Source: Octopus sinensis
Lineage: Eukaryota
Assembly (NCBI RefSeq): GCF_006345805.1
Contig: NC_043015.1
Location: forward strand, 6,386,001-6,450,000
Length of the DNA: 64,000 nucleotides
Reading direction: 5' to 3'
Positions 38,922-53,150 of the stretch are shown here, piece by piece. The notes under the pieces are model-generated. The model was not told the DNA's origin. It saw only the letters and a program-made list of their open reading frames with translations, and ran no database searches. Each line of letters starts with the position of its first letter. The first letter of the stretch is position 1. The translations under genes and the position numbers were made by a program.

Positions 38922-39549
38922 TACATACATGTAAGTATGCTTGTATGAATATATGTATTATATGATTAAATATGTTCATACTATTTGCGCTTATGTATTA
39001 TATATTATATTAAAATGAATAAAAGTCAATATAAACGGGGATTACCGCAATATTGAGTTATTTAAAGTGGATTAAAGGAGATTTAACCTTGCTGGTTAGG
39101 AAAGTAGTTTACTGCAGGTCATATACTCAGAAAAATGGCATCAAATACAACACCTTCACTAAAAGTGAAGCCAGTGTTTCTAAATATCTTGCCATATCAT
39201 GGGCTCCGAATGGATCAGTAATGTTAATGTGTAATCATAATACGTTGCTTTTAACGAATGCCTCTCTATCGTCGTCAAATATGATAAATTTCACGTAAAT
39301 ATGGATGGCAACGTCCATCTGCAGTGGGTACTGTTTCCCACATTCCAAGCGACTAAATTTACATTAACATAATGTTTTGGCCAAGTTCATAGTAGAATAT
39401 GAATGCTTGTCTACTTTCACACTTAACATATCTTATCCTGATATAAGTCCTAAGTACACCAGGCTCCAGCATAATTGAGGTCAAGTTTCGTCTTTAACAT
39501 AGGAGCGAAATACGAAAATCCTCCATATCATTAATCAAGTCCATATCAT

Positions 39550-39939
39550 GGATGGAAGCACTCCGTCGGTTACGACGACGAGGGTTCCGGTTGATCCGAA
39601 TCAACGGAATAGCCTGCTCGTGAAATTAACGTGTAAGTGGTTGAGCACTCCACAGACACGTGTACCCTTAACGTAGTTCTCGGGGATATTCAGCGTGACA
39701 CAGAGGGTGACAAGGCCGGCCCTTTGAAATACAGGTACAACAGAAACAGGAAGTAAGAGTGAGAGAAAGTTGTGGTGAAAGAGTACAGCAGGGATCACCA
39801 CCATCCCCTGCCGGAGTCTCGTGGAGCTTTAGGTGTTTTCGCCCAATAAACACTCACAACGCCCGGTATGGGAATCGAAACCGCGATCCTATGACCGCGA
39901 GTCCGCTGCCCTAACCACTGGGCCATTGCGCCTCCACCG
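39550..39939 (-). mobile_element. tRNA-derived SINE, family C, tail type 2, full length with target-site duplication
   Basis: Same head and body as 31671 and 59179 but a different tail ending ACCGACGGAGTGCTTCCATCC. 12-bp TSD AGTCCATAT(C/T)AT at 39538-39549 and 39940-39951. Confidence 0.92.
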
Positions 39940-40275
39940 AGTCCATATTATATTTCTTCAGACATTACTCTAGATGGAACAATCTGAAAAATAACTGTAA
40001 CACATATGGATGTTCGGGAATAAATTTATATCAATGAGACATGTAAGCCCTAATGTAAGAGACAAGTTTGAAAGATTTTCTCTCGTGTATGTAGTAACTC
40101 ACACATCGGATATTGTGTATCGTTTAGCATATGTTAATTATCCTACATCGCTCCCCCCACACACATATGTATATGTATATATGTATATGTATATATGTAT
40201 ATGTATATGTGTATATATATGCATACCTACATATATATATATACACATACATATATATATATATACATATATATA

Positions 40276-40356
40276 GGGAGAATTTATGAAAAAAACAAAA
40301 GACGAAGACAGGTGGTGTACAAAACAAACAGATATATTAGTATAAATCTCAGGAAT
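40276..40356 (-). mobile_element. Short repeat fragment inside (TA)n, probable PLE 3' tail
   Basis: Homologous to 5311-5385. Confidence 0.5.
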
Positions 40357-43300
40357 AGATATATATATACACATATACATATATAACCCTGATACATCAT
40401 TCTTAAATCAAATGTGTATTCGTACGTTTACGTAAATATATGTATATGTCATGTAACGTCTGAGATAATGGGTCGTGTGCGTCCACCAGACTATACTACT
40501 GTTCGTGTTCATCATCATTATTGCCAAGAATCTCCACGTGACAGGACAAACAGCGCTTCTGAATTTCATCTTGATGATAATTTTTCTTGTAAATGTCCTC
40601 GATTATGTTAAAGTAAAACTCAACTCTCCCGAATCAATATTGAAATAATACTAAAAAGAAGAGACGACAAGAAATGAAAAAAAAAAACTAAAAAAATAAT
40701 GTATAAATGGATAAAATAAAACGACTTACGTTTATGTTCAATTATCTGAACGAGGACACTGATTTATAATTATATTGTCAAATTCTTAGACAGAAAATAT
40801 CAATGAAGTTTTCATCAGTCAATTATATGGACATACTGGAATTAACTTTTTTCTTTTTGCTAAACATATTTTTTGTTATGTATTCTAATCTTCCTAAATT
40901 ATCTAAAGCTATCCACTACGACTTATTATTTAGATTCGTGATTATTCAAACTGCTATATTATTCTTCCTCTGTTTTAAAATTTTTTCCTTAATAATATAT
41001 ATTTGATGAAATAATTATTATAGTATAGAATTTAAACAGAACAAACAACTAGCATGTAAAGTCAAAGATGAACAGCCGTTTAATATTGGAAAGTAATGTA
41101 GAACTTCTGAGAGGTTACCTGTTTTTCATTTATCAATCTTGTTATATTTTTCAATAAACTTATGCTGATGTCTCAGTGTAAACAAAACTATATAATTTTC
41201 TTTACTTTTCTACGTTGAAACCCAACTTGTTATTATCTGTCTGTTAAAGAGGTTTTCAGAAATTGAAAAATAATAGTCGGTTGAACATTTTTGAATAATT
41301 TAGTATTTTTAATGCATCGGTTCATTGTAAATATTTAATGTTAAAGTGAAATGTGATGGTGAGAGATAGAGTGAAGCTGATTATTTTCTCGCTGATCAAA
41401 CTGATGATTCGATTTCATTCCTCAATCACGACTCAGGTGGCAGAGTACGAAGATCCAACAGCATCAAGCTTGCTGCCACTTCGATTGTTTATTATATCTC
41501 TGTGTACCATAACGAAATATCTTTTTAACTCTTCTCTAACTGACGTACATATCAAAAGAGTTAGATGTTCCAGCCGTGCCTACTCCAAGCGACATCACAC
41601 AGTATTGTTAGCACATTATTCAATGTGTTACAGGTAACAAAACGATGATATTCTGTGTATTAATGTCAGCTCATTTCAATTTCGTTATTGTCGTTTTCCA
41701 TCATTGATCACACGGCTCCAGACCCTAGTTTTGAGTCACAGTTTTAGATATTTCGTTGCATTGCTTTTTCACCAGACTTTTTCGTCTCTATACGCTCTTA
41801 TTTGAAACTTGTAAAAATAAATCAATATGAAATTGAAAATAGAGGCAGAGGCCATACTTCAAAAGGTATTACCGCTATCTATATTCTGTATAAAAATAAC
41901 CAATACACTTAATTCTCATAAAAAAAATATTACTATGAACAGTTGCAATGGGAGACTGCTTGTCCACTGGCAATAACAAATATAAAACTATCTTTATTTC
42001 TGCATTAAAACATATTGATAATAATACTCTTAATTTCAAGCACTGGCATTAGGCCACCAGTTCCGAGTGACGGCACAACTGAATACATGTCTGTCGATGG
42101 TTTTATCGACACAAGTTACAGATGAATCACTCTGCGTGGGTTATATTCAATTGACTGTAGCCTATCTGCCGTGTATGATCGTTTGCCAAATCCGAATGTT
42201 TTTTCAGGTTCGCATTTTTTTCTCTTTTGAATTCAAATAACACTAGAAACTAACATGTTTTTATTGCTCCAGGATGTTGGGTAGCAACTTATCCATCCAG
42301 AATAATACAAGTCTTACTATCCGCCCCCACTGTCGATGCATACATAGAAGCGTACATACGTAAAATCGTATGCATGTGTGTGTATGTCTGTGTAAATGTT
42401 CTGTTGAGCGTCACCACAACTTACCTAATATAGAGAAAGGTGAATTTGGTACACTAACTAACCACTTTTACTGGAAATTCGAAACAGATATTTAAACATG
42501 TCTTCTCTCAAGCGGATTAACTGAACAATCAACTGGGATCAGATGAGAATTCTGATCAAAAGAGTGGGGGGCAGTAAATAAATACAATGAAATAGTTTCT
42601 TCGACTTCTTACCATTTTTCTTGCAACACTTTTAGACGAACGCCTTTGAAATTAATTCTTCATCTAGGCAGCTATGGTCAGTAAATTTGAGAAGAGCTGT
42701 TACTCAAGAATTTCATTGGAAGTTTATGTTATTGTTCTCAGCAAGTTGACTGGCGTTGATCCCAATGGCATTTGAGAAAATGTTTGCCACAGAAGTAAAG
42801 CACTGCCGTCAATTCTCTAAGTTGGGAACGACTACAACGCATTTATACATAAGTACTGTACAGAAGGAAAATAAGCTACATTTCAACACTGTCATAAGTG
42901 GTCATTAAATAATTAGTGACATTTATCCCTAATCAAATATGTTTCGTAAATAACCCTGCATAACAACATAGTTATTAATCTGGGTACCAATAGTTATTTC
43001 CTATTTGCTTACCCCTCGAAAGTATGAAAATTGGCCAACATTTTGTTCAAGCTTTGTTACATTTATTCAAAACCTAAAGAATCCTTCTCAACACATGAGT
43101 TGAGAAGGATTCTTCAGGTTCAGAGATGTATATATTTTCAACCAATGAGGGACATGCTCAAGTGGTTACAATCAAACACCTGATTAGGAAATCTGTGGTA
43201 TTGAGCAGAACATTGGCTAAACGATATTTCCGCTTCAGTAACTTAGTTCTCAATATGTCTGAAGTGTAATGGAAAATAGGTCAGTTTGAAAACATTGATG

Positions 43301-44620
43301 TCTAGGTTGCAAAAGCAAACTGCGAAGGAAATACTCGTCATTTCCTTTGATTTCCAGACAGAAGCAAATAAGGAAAAATACTTACTGACCAAATACAAAA
43401 GCAAAATTGTTACACAGCGTAACAAGCTAAAGAATAACAAAATTACTATAATTGGAACTTGGAAAGGTAACGAATTTAATAGAATGAATGGATCGTACTT
43501 AGAGAAAAGACTACATCCTGTGGCATTCTAAAGGTAGAATAAAAGAATCAACTCTCGTATGTCATTGGTAGATGTTTGATTCAACTCTAAAATTCAACAT
43601 TGCCGATAGGTTAACTTTAGTAAGAGAAATGGTAAACATTTTATGACCTGTAGTCCGGTACATTATTTAGTATATCTACAAATTTATAAAGACAAATGTA
43701 AATATATTTCACATGCGACGTAAACAAATGGATATTGCTTAATTAATGAATACACAAACACACACGCAAATACATTTACACTTACACACACAAACGCACA
43801 CGCATTTGTATAAATAAATTTTGGATGTTTGTGTGTTTTTAATTATTTACGCCTATAAACATATTGGTGGGTAATTGCACGTATAAGGGGGAAAATAGTG
43901 TTTACTAGACATACAGACTCCAGCTCTGTAAAGGATCTTTTCACGAACACGCTCTATTAGAGATCATAGAATACATATATGTTCGAGATAGATTTCGTTG
44001 TAAGTATATTGCTGTATATCTGTCTGTAAAGACACGCAGAACTTGTGAAATACATTCAACGATGTGAACGACGAAACAACGTTTATTGAAAAATAATAAA
44101 AAACATAAATGTATGTAATTTATGTGCGCATGGATGAGTTCAGATATGTATGTGCATGTGTATGCATAAAAGAAGGAAAGAGAGAGAGAGAGAGAGAGAG
44201 TGAGCGAGAGATAGATAGATAGATAGATATATAGAGAGAGAGAGACGAAGGAGAGTAAAGAAATAAAAGATGTATGCAGAAATGCTGCTAGGTCTACGTT
44301 AAATAGAAATAAATTGTGAGACTTGAAACAAAGGTACAAACTCCTACGGATATAATTATGTACGTACATAAATGTAGATGAAAAGTAGAACATAGAAAAT
44401 CAACAAGAAAATTGCACAACCTCGCACATATATATACGTACGCATGCACACTCATTATTAATGTGTCTGGTTGCACATGCGTGTTGTCACACTATCAAAG
44501 AAGAAGTTGCTGCTAGTGCTTGCACAGCGTATTGTACTTCGTGCTCTTACTGGAGTAAAAATAAAAGCCTACAACAAGAAGATTCGAAAAATCCTTATAT
44601 ACCTATATATATACACACAC

Positions 44621-44657
<37 letters not shown>

Positions 44658-44768
44658 ATATATATATATATATGAATGCATATATGTGTGTATGTGCGTG
44701 TGTTTGTATGTGGTTGTCCGTTTATGCACACGTTTTTGTTGATATATACGTATATATATATATTATAT

Positions 44769-44849
<81 letters not shown>

Positions 44850-44868
44850 CTATGTGTATATATATATG

Positions 44869-44899
<31 letters not shown>

Positions 44900-44924
44900 G
44901 TATATACATATATATATATACATA

Positions 44925-44963
<39 letters not shown>

Positions 44964-45011
44964 TATATATATATATAATATATATATGTCTATATATATA
45001 TGTCTATATAT

Positions 45012-45063
<52 letters not shown>

Positions 45064-45991
45064 TGTTTGTATCTGTCTATTGGAGCACGATATGCCAGAG
45101 TGAAGAAAAAAATGCAATACAGACAGGCTAACAGCAACTTCATTTGCGCAATTCTTTCTTAACAAAGGAACTATTGAGTAAGATACATGCGAGCGATTGA
45201 TAGCAAGAGACTGAAAAACAATATAGAGGAATATATATGTACACACATGTATATATATATAATGTTACATGTGTGTATGTGCCGGTGTGTATGTACGTAT
45301 GGTCTGTGAGTGTGTATGTGTGTAAAATGAATGAGAAAACGCAGTAAATGGTAAGGAAAAGAAAACCGAACTAAATGCGATGATTCTTTGAATTCAGTGT
45401 GTAGTACTTGGAGTCTAAATAGTCAAGCTCCAATCAATTTAGCAAGAGTAAGGAGAGAGACGTTTGGATTTCATTGACGTTCTATGTATGATGCTTTGTA
45501 GATCGACTAAATGTGTCCAAATAAACTCGTAGAAACCTGCAATTTTGGATTGTTTGTTTATCCTCTTACGAACATATTCTATTTAGTTTCTGAATTACTG
45601 TTTCTGAGTTCTCCAAGCGTGTTAGTATGTATGAAATCGGTTGCGTGTAGAAGGTTCCAGAACAATTGTTATATGTATATGTTTGTGTATATATATGTCT
45701 CTCTCTCTCTCTCTCTTTATATATATATATATTTATACATACACATATCCTCTCGTGTGAGTACGCATGCGCTCGAGTGTAATAGTTGACTTTAGATGAG
45801 TTTGCAGTTTATAACAATTTTCCTTCACTTTTGGTGAATTTACAATTCATACAAACACACCAACTACAACATGCAACACACTCTCACACACACGCACAAA
45901 CAAACACACAAGCACTCAAACACTCACTCAAACACTCACACAAACACACACACACACACTGATATTTATATATATGTATACAACTTATATA

Positions 45992-46371
45992 GGAGCAGGC
46001 GTGGATGTGTGGTAAGAAGCTTGCTTCCCAACCACATGGTTCAGTCCCACTGCTTGGAACCTTGGACGAGTGTACTATAGCCTTTGGCCGACTAAAACCT
46101 TGTGAGTGACTTTGGTAAGATGGAAACTGAAAGAAGCCCGTCGCATATTTATGTATGTATATGTCTGCGTCATTATATCAGTTTTAGTCGGCCTCTAGCG
46201 CTTGATAACCGGTATGGATGCGTTTACTTCCGCGTAACTTAGTGGTTCGGCAAAGAGAAACCAATAGAATAAGTACCAGTCCTGGGAAACAATTTGTTCC
46301 TCGAAATGCCCCAGAAAGCGGTGCCCCAGCATGGCCGCAGTCAAATGACTGAAATAAATAAAAGAATAAGA
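45992..46371 (+). mobile_element. SINE family B, near full length
   Basis: Head GCAGGCGTGGATGTGTGGTAAGAAGCTTGCTTCCCAACCACATGGTTCAGTCCC; tail GGCCGCAGTCAAATGACTGAAATAAATAAAAG. Confidence 0.88.
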
Positions 46372-46962
46372 ATGTGTGTGTGTATGTGTGCGCGCACGCA
46401 CGCATGCGCGTATTTGTGTGTAGGTGTAGGTGTGTAAGCGTGCTTTACGTAAGACATGGAGCTTTTTCAGTTTGTTGATCCTAAATTGTACGGGTGCGAA
46501 CGTTTTCCTAAACCCTTTTATGTTTAACACAGCTTTTCCTTATCTCTTCCTCGTTATCGTCTCTATTTCATTCTAATTCTCTTTCGTTTCCTTTTACCAT
46601 GTTGTTTTAATTTTAGCGACTGTTGAGTATATTACATACCCTATTGATGATAACCTGCATGTCTTGTATTATATGTATTTCAGTATGATTTTGGTTATCT
46701 TTTTCAATAGTATCTTTCCCGGGATTTCAGTTATCGCATAGTTGAATGCAAGTAAATATTATCTAATGTTATGTATGTTGTGATTTTGAATCACCGTTTG
46801 ATGATTGTGCCTCTCGGTTTCACATTTTCTAAATATTTGGGGAACTTTCATATTACTGATGAGGTGTAAAAATAGGATATATCAGTTCACTAATGTAGGT
46901 GCTTACTTTATATGTATGAAACCTCTGGTCGTAGCCGTAACTCTTTTGCATTGATGCCCGAA

Positions 46963-47358
46963 TTCGATATTCTTCCAGCCCTTAATAAATAATTTTTTTC
47001 TCTGTCTGTTGAATGGAGTCGAGCAACATCACACACTCAAAAGCACAGCGCGCTTTCAAGACCAAAAATCGAAACCAACATCTTATTCCATTGTGGAAGT
47101 CTCCATTACCTAAATACAGATCTATGTACCGTCTTGTTAAACAAAATGGCAGATATAGTTTTCGATACTCTTCCAGCCCTTAATACACAGATTTTTTTCT
47201 TTGTCTGTTAAATGGGAGCTAGCAATATGACACACTAAAAAGCACACTACGCTTTCAATACCAAGAATCGAAACAAACATCTTATTTCATTATCGAAATC
47301 TCCATTACCTAAATACTAATCTATGTACTGACTTGTTAAACAAAATGGCGGATATGGC
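46963..47358. repeat. Diverged tandem duplication, ~198-bp period
   Basis: Both units start TTCGATA.TCTTCCAGCCCTTAATA and end CTTGTTAAACAAAATGGC.GATAT. Confidence 0.9.
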
Positions 47359-47881
47359 TTTCATATTGTCAATTTATACCATGCAAATATAAATCTGTTA
47401 TATACATTTTTTCTGAAAAAATGTATAAAACCAAAATCCATTATAACTTCAAACAGTCGCAGTGTTCATTAGAGTTTCGTGAAAAATTCTCTGCACTTTT
47501 GAAGATTCATTAAATTTCTATTTTCAATTTTGTATATGAAAAAATTACAAAGTATAAACATACTGGTGCATCAGTGTGTGCGTTGATGCACCTATAACTT
47601 CGGTTAAATAATTATTAAATAGTTTTGGCATCTGAGTGTTTAAAAAACAGGATTGACGTAAACGATGAAGCTATACGACTTGAACTCAATGGAAATTCGT
47701 TGGAGAGTGAATGAAACTTGACGGATTTTGATACATACACATATATACATATATGTTCATATACACACATACATACATACATTCATAGACACACAAACGC
47801 ATACACATGTATATACATACATACAGACTCACACACACGCAAACACATACAAACACACACACAAACACACATATATATATG

Positions 47882-48238
47882 TAGGCAAAGACGTGGCTGT
47901 GTGGTAAGAAGCTTGCTTACCAACCATGTGGTTCCGGGTATAGTCCCACTTCGTGGAAACTTGTGAGTTGATTTCGCCGACGGAAACTGAAAGAAGCCCG
48001 TTATATATATGTGTGTGTGTGTCAGTGTGAGTATGTGTGTGTATGTGTGTGTTTGCATTTGTGTTCGTCCCCCACCACCATCACTTGATAACTGGTGTTG
48101 GTGTCCTTACGTCCTCGTAACGTAGCGATTCGGCAAGAGGGAACGATAGAATAAAATACTAGATTTACAAAGAATACACCCTGGAATCGATTTCTTTGAA
48201 TAAAAGTCCTTAAGGTGGTGCTCCAGCATGGCCGCAGT
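47882..48238 (+). mobile_element. SINE family B, 3' end clipped
   Basis: Head ACGTGGCTGTGTGGTAAGAAGCTTGCTT; stops at GGCCGCAGT directly against the retrotransposon fragment. Confidence 0.85.
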
Positions 48239-48581
48239 GTTTACATATTTTCCGATGTAAATACTGTTCTTCTCTAATAGAGCGAGTTATACGAGATGGC
48301 GCAGTGTTTCGTCAAATATATCGCAAAATCTGCATCTAGGGTCAGAACCGTGTTGAAGAATGTTAGCCTGGTAGTTTTTGGTAAGCAATCTTTGGTGCTG
48401 TGTCGCTAATACGAAACTCTCAGCCTTTGCTTTCAGGTCTGAGCCTCTCAGACCCTGATGGGTTGCTGCTTGGTCTACATCTACATTTCGGCTTCGAAGT
48501 AGATACTGTCCATTCAGATGCTTCTGGCTCCACCATTCATCAACTTGTTCCTGCCCGTTCTTTTTTAAATCTGTTTGATCC

Positions 48582-48583
<2 letters not shown>
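48239..48583 (-). mobile_element. R4/Dong-like (RLE-clade) non-LTR retrotransposon fragment, region leading into the CCHC zinc knuckle
   Basis: ORF-track peptide WWSQKHLNGQYL..LRGSDLKAKAESFVLATQHQRLLTKNYQANILQHGSDPRCRFCDIFDETLRHL matches the W..K.LHGQY / GLK.ETE..I.AAQ.Q.L.T / CR.C....ET..H pattern of R4/Dong ORFs. Confidence 0.85.
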
Positions 48584-48625
<42 letters not shown>

Positions 48626-48716
48626 ATTATCATCATCATTATTATTATTATTATCATTGTAAGTGTTGGTGATTGTAGTATTATCACTTGGAGCAGCAGC
48701 AGCAGTAGTAGTAGTA

Positions 48717-48773
<57 letters not shown>

Positions 48774-50325
48774 TATACTATTTTAGAAGCATATATAACA
48801 AAATATTTTAACACTTTAGTCTACATCCAGAGTAGGAAAAAATGTTAGGATTGCTTATAAAAATATTTAGAAGATTTTTCACAATATAAGAAGCAAAAAA
48901 AGAAAAAAAGCAATGCGTATCTCGCAGCACTGTTTTATCTTATCAACTAATAATGGTGCTAGAAGAGCGTATTATTGAAATATAGGAATGCATCTGACAG
49001 ATGGGCTGAAATACCTTTTCCTGTTCTTTCATTTGTTTTTCTTAATCGTTTTCTGAATGTTGCCGTTTCATTTCTTTCTGTCCTTCCAGTATTATTCACA
49101 AAAAATTTCCAAGGATGAGTTTCAAACAGAATATCAATGAATTGAATTACTAAAGACATCTAAGTATTCATGGTTGCTTGATGTTTTGAAGCAATATCTT
49201 ACGTCATGTTTGAATCCTAGATATAACTAAAATACTTCAGAATTGAAGAGTTTAGTTGAGTATGAGACAAATCAGGTTTATGCCTTATAAATGTGTCCAT
49301 CAATGATAATGCAACTGGTGCTTAGGTTTTCCCCTTCCAGCAATCAACCATAAAATGCTGGCTTACATTTTTATAGGATTTACATAGAATAATCTCCAGA
49401 AATAGTGTTCAAATATTCTATGATTATGACTAAATATCTCTCCTTATATTTCGTATTTCTTCGTGCTCTCGGTTTGGATAAATTTATGCCTAGAAAATTA
49501 GTCAGATTCCCTTTTCAGATAGCAGATTTTTCTTAGAAAGGCTTCGCTGATTAAGTTTCGCTCGGTATTTCACTGCCAACAGGAAGTTACACTTACCCAC
49601 AACTGTTTTATGTATATATAAACTCGCATGCCTTTAGAAGCATGGGTTTCAACTCATTTGCAAAGGCATGAACGCACACAAACACACCATTTAAAACTGA
49701 ATATAATTTCATGTCATCATCTTCACAGAAATCTGAAATCCGTGTACGATGTTGCGCGTAAAGCTGTATCCAAAAGTCACTAATAAAGTCAGAACTTATT
49801 ACTCAGTACATGGTCTGATTTTCTTAGCCAAAGCAAGCCACAAGCTTGACATTTTAGCAGAAACTGAATTTCATATGAAATATGTATGGGAGGTGATTCG
49901 GCCAAGTTCTATAGTCACTAACAAAATAAGTTAATTCTCTTTGTATATTAAGTTTGTCATGGCAAGTTTTACGAGTTTTTTCGGCTAAACTCAGACTATT
50001 AAATCTGCCAAAAGATCTGTAGGAAAAACATCTTTTGGCAACATATAATGTATAACTCAGATTTTCCTAGAAAGGATGACACGGTCTATAACAAGTATTA
50101 TCAATATTTTTAGTAAATAATGCAATCACATATTCTACTAGCTTAATAAACATGTCTGACGTCAATATTCCATCTTGTATTGCAATATTTAAAGTTTCTT
50201 TCTTCCTCTTGGATCATTTCACAAAGAATTTGTGCCAGGCATAAAAGGAGTACAAAACTAAACAAAGAGATGAATATGTAATACCAAAAGACTAAATGTT
50301 TATTAGTGTACATATATGTATATAC

Positions 50326-50484
<159 letters not shown>

Positions 50485-50839
50485 GTGTATACATATATGT
50501 GTGTGCGTGAGTAATTGTATGGGTAGGTATTTACATTTATTTAACAAGACTAAGCGGAAGTATAGTGGAACAATGAGGATTAAGAACCGTTGCCAGAAAT
50601 ATACCTGGCTCTCATGAGGATTCTTTTTATAGTTCACATTCTATATGAATGCATCGCTATATACATCCACTAACACATGCGCGTGCACCCACACACACGT
50701 GCCAGTATATATATATATATATATGTCTGTGTGTCTTTATATATATATATGTGTTCATATATATATATCTATATATGCATACATACATATTTACATACAT
50801 GCATGCATACATACATACATACATACATACATACATACA

Positions 50840-50872
<33 letters not shown>

Positions 50873-51245
50873 TTGGGAGTGTTTCTGTATTTAAGTTATG
50901 TTGCAGTGTAAAGTTAGAAAAATAAACCCTGAAACACGGAAACAACTTAGAAAATAATAATAAGGAAAAAAAGGTACGTTGAGTGGAAACGGAAGTAAGT
51001 TTTAAATATTTCTTAGTCTGACTAACAATCGTAATTGTAATGTATATTGCAGAGATTAGAAGTGAGAGGCGTCTTAGGAACACAGCATACGCTTAAACAG
51101 GCACGCGTATGTCGGTAGAGAAATAATTAAAGAACATTTTCCTAGGCGTTCGACGGCAAGCAGTAGCAGCAGACCCGACAGAAGCACCACCACCAGCTGT
51201 GGTAGTGGCAGCAGCAGCAGTAGTAGTAGTAGGAGTAGGGGGTTG

Positions 51246-51277
<32 letters not shown>

Positions 51278-51675
51278 GGTGGTGGTGGTGTTAGAATATG
51301 TGAGACGATATGAATATGGAACAAGGAAAGATAATGTAGGAGATAGAACGTTGAAGAATAAGGTTACGGAATGAGAACGGGACATAACGTTGTAGAATGT
51401 TGTGGAGTGTTGAGGTAATAAACGAAACCTAGTCTAAGGCCAGTTAGGTGCAACACTTGATGAATATATGTATGTGTGTGTCTGTAAGTATATATATATA
51501 TATATATATATATACTGTTGGAAAATAAAAATAAGAAAAATAATGTGGAAATTTTACGGGTGAGTGTGTTACATTATAAGGCACAAAAAGAAAATGACTC
51601 TCTCCAGACATAACAGAATATGCTTCAACACGCGAACTCACATAAAGAATATTGTACACCAAATCCAAAAACCAA

Positions 51676-51749
<74 letters not shown>

Positions 51750-51901
51750 ATGTGTGTGTGTATGTGTGTGTGTGTGTGTATGTATGTGTGTGTGTGTATG
51801 TGTGTGTGTATGTATTTATGTATATATGTGTATTTATATATCCATTAACATATCTATATTATATTTATATATATATCTATCAATATATATATATGTGTGT
51901 G

Positions 51902-51945
<44 letters not shown>

Positions 51946-52056
51946 AATATATATATATATATTTATCTGCTGCAATTTTTGCAACTTGTAATAAAGCCTG
52001 TCTTTGTATGAAACAATTGTACTAAAAACTAATCCATTCTTGTTGCTTCTTTCTCG

Positions 52057-52117
<61 letters not shown>

Positions 52118-52158
52118 CTATATATATATATATATAATATATATATATTTACATATAT

Positions 52159-52215
<57 letters not shown>

Positions 52216-52475
52216 CAGACGGATAGATAGATATATATAGGTATACACACATACATATACCTTGAGATATACCTCTATATGCGGGTTTGTAAATATGTAT
52301 TTACATAAAGGCATATACACATTTATATATGCATGTGTATTAACTTACTTATAAAATTACACACGCTCACAGTCATACACACACACACGTATGGGTGAAG
52401 GTATTTAACGAGAGAGTGGGAGAGACATGCAAGAAAGTGAGACTGTGTGTGTGAGTGTGTGTGTGAATGTGTGAT

Positions 52476-52516
<41 letters not shown>

Positions 52517-52933
52517 CAGGGAGCATGAGTAAGAATGCTTAAGTGTTACATGTTTATGGGGCAGAGAGGAAGATTAATTTTAGAAAAGAAGGGAAAGAAA
52601 ACCAAAGGAAGAAAAATATGCTGATAAGAAGATACGGCTATAAAATAAGGGAGTGTAAATTCCTTAAATCGATAGAAATCCTACGAGTCGTCTACTGAAC
52701 TGGTGTGTACTTTATCAACATAGGATTGATCAAAAGTACATTGCCTCTTCCTTGATTTGAGCACTTATATAAATGCCATATACATTATATCCTGCGATGT
52801 AGGATTCTGACACTTACGGGTATGTGCCCAAATGAACTACACAGATATACTCGTTTTATGCATCTGCATGAGCGCAGAAATAGTTTGTTTACAAGGTACA
52901 TTTGTGCATGAGTATTAATTTTACGTGTCTGTT

Positions 52934-53150
52934 AAGTCGGCGAGTTCAGAGAGACGTTAGCACGTGAAGCGAAATGCTTTGTGGTATTTCATCCGTCTTT
53001 ACGTTCTGCGTTCAAATGCCACCGTGGTCGACTTGTCCTTTCATCCTTTTTGGGTCGATAGAATACCTATCAGTTGAGCCCTGGTGTCGATGTAATCGAA
53101 TCGTTCTCTCCAACGAAATGTCAGGCCTTGTATCTGTGGTAGAAAGGATT
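52934..53150 (+). mobile_element. SINE family A, older copy with type-2 tail
   Basis: Head, core and tail TCAGGCCTTGTATCTGTGGTAGAAAGGATT. Confidence 0.8.

Noticed and set aside
39050-39540. Mixed-complexity block possibly derived from an old coding element (e.g. VNLVAWNVG, like an APE endonuclease start)
   Set aside because: Multiple stops in all frames and no further conserved motifs.
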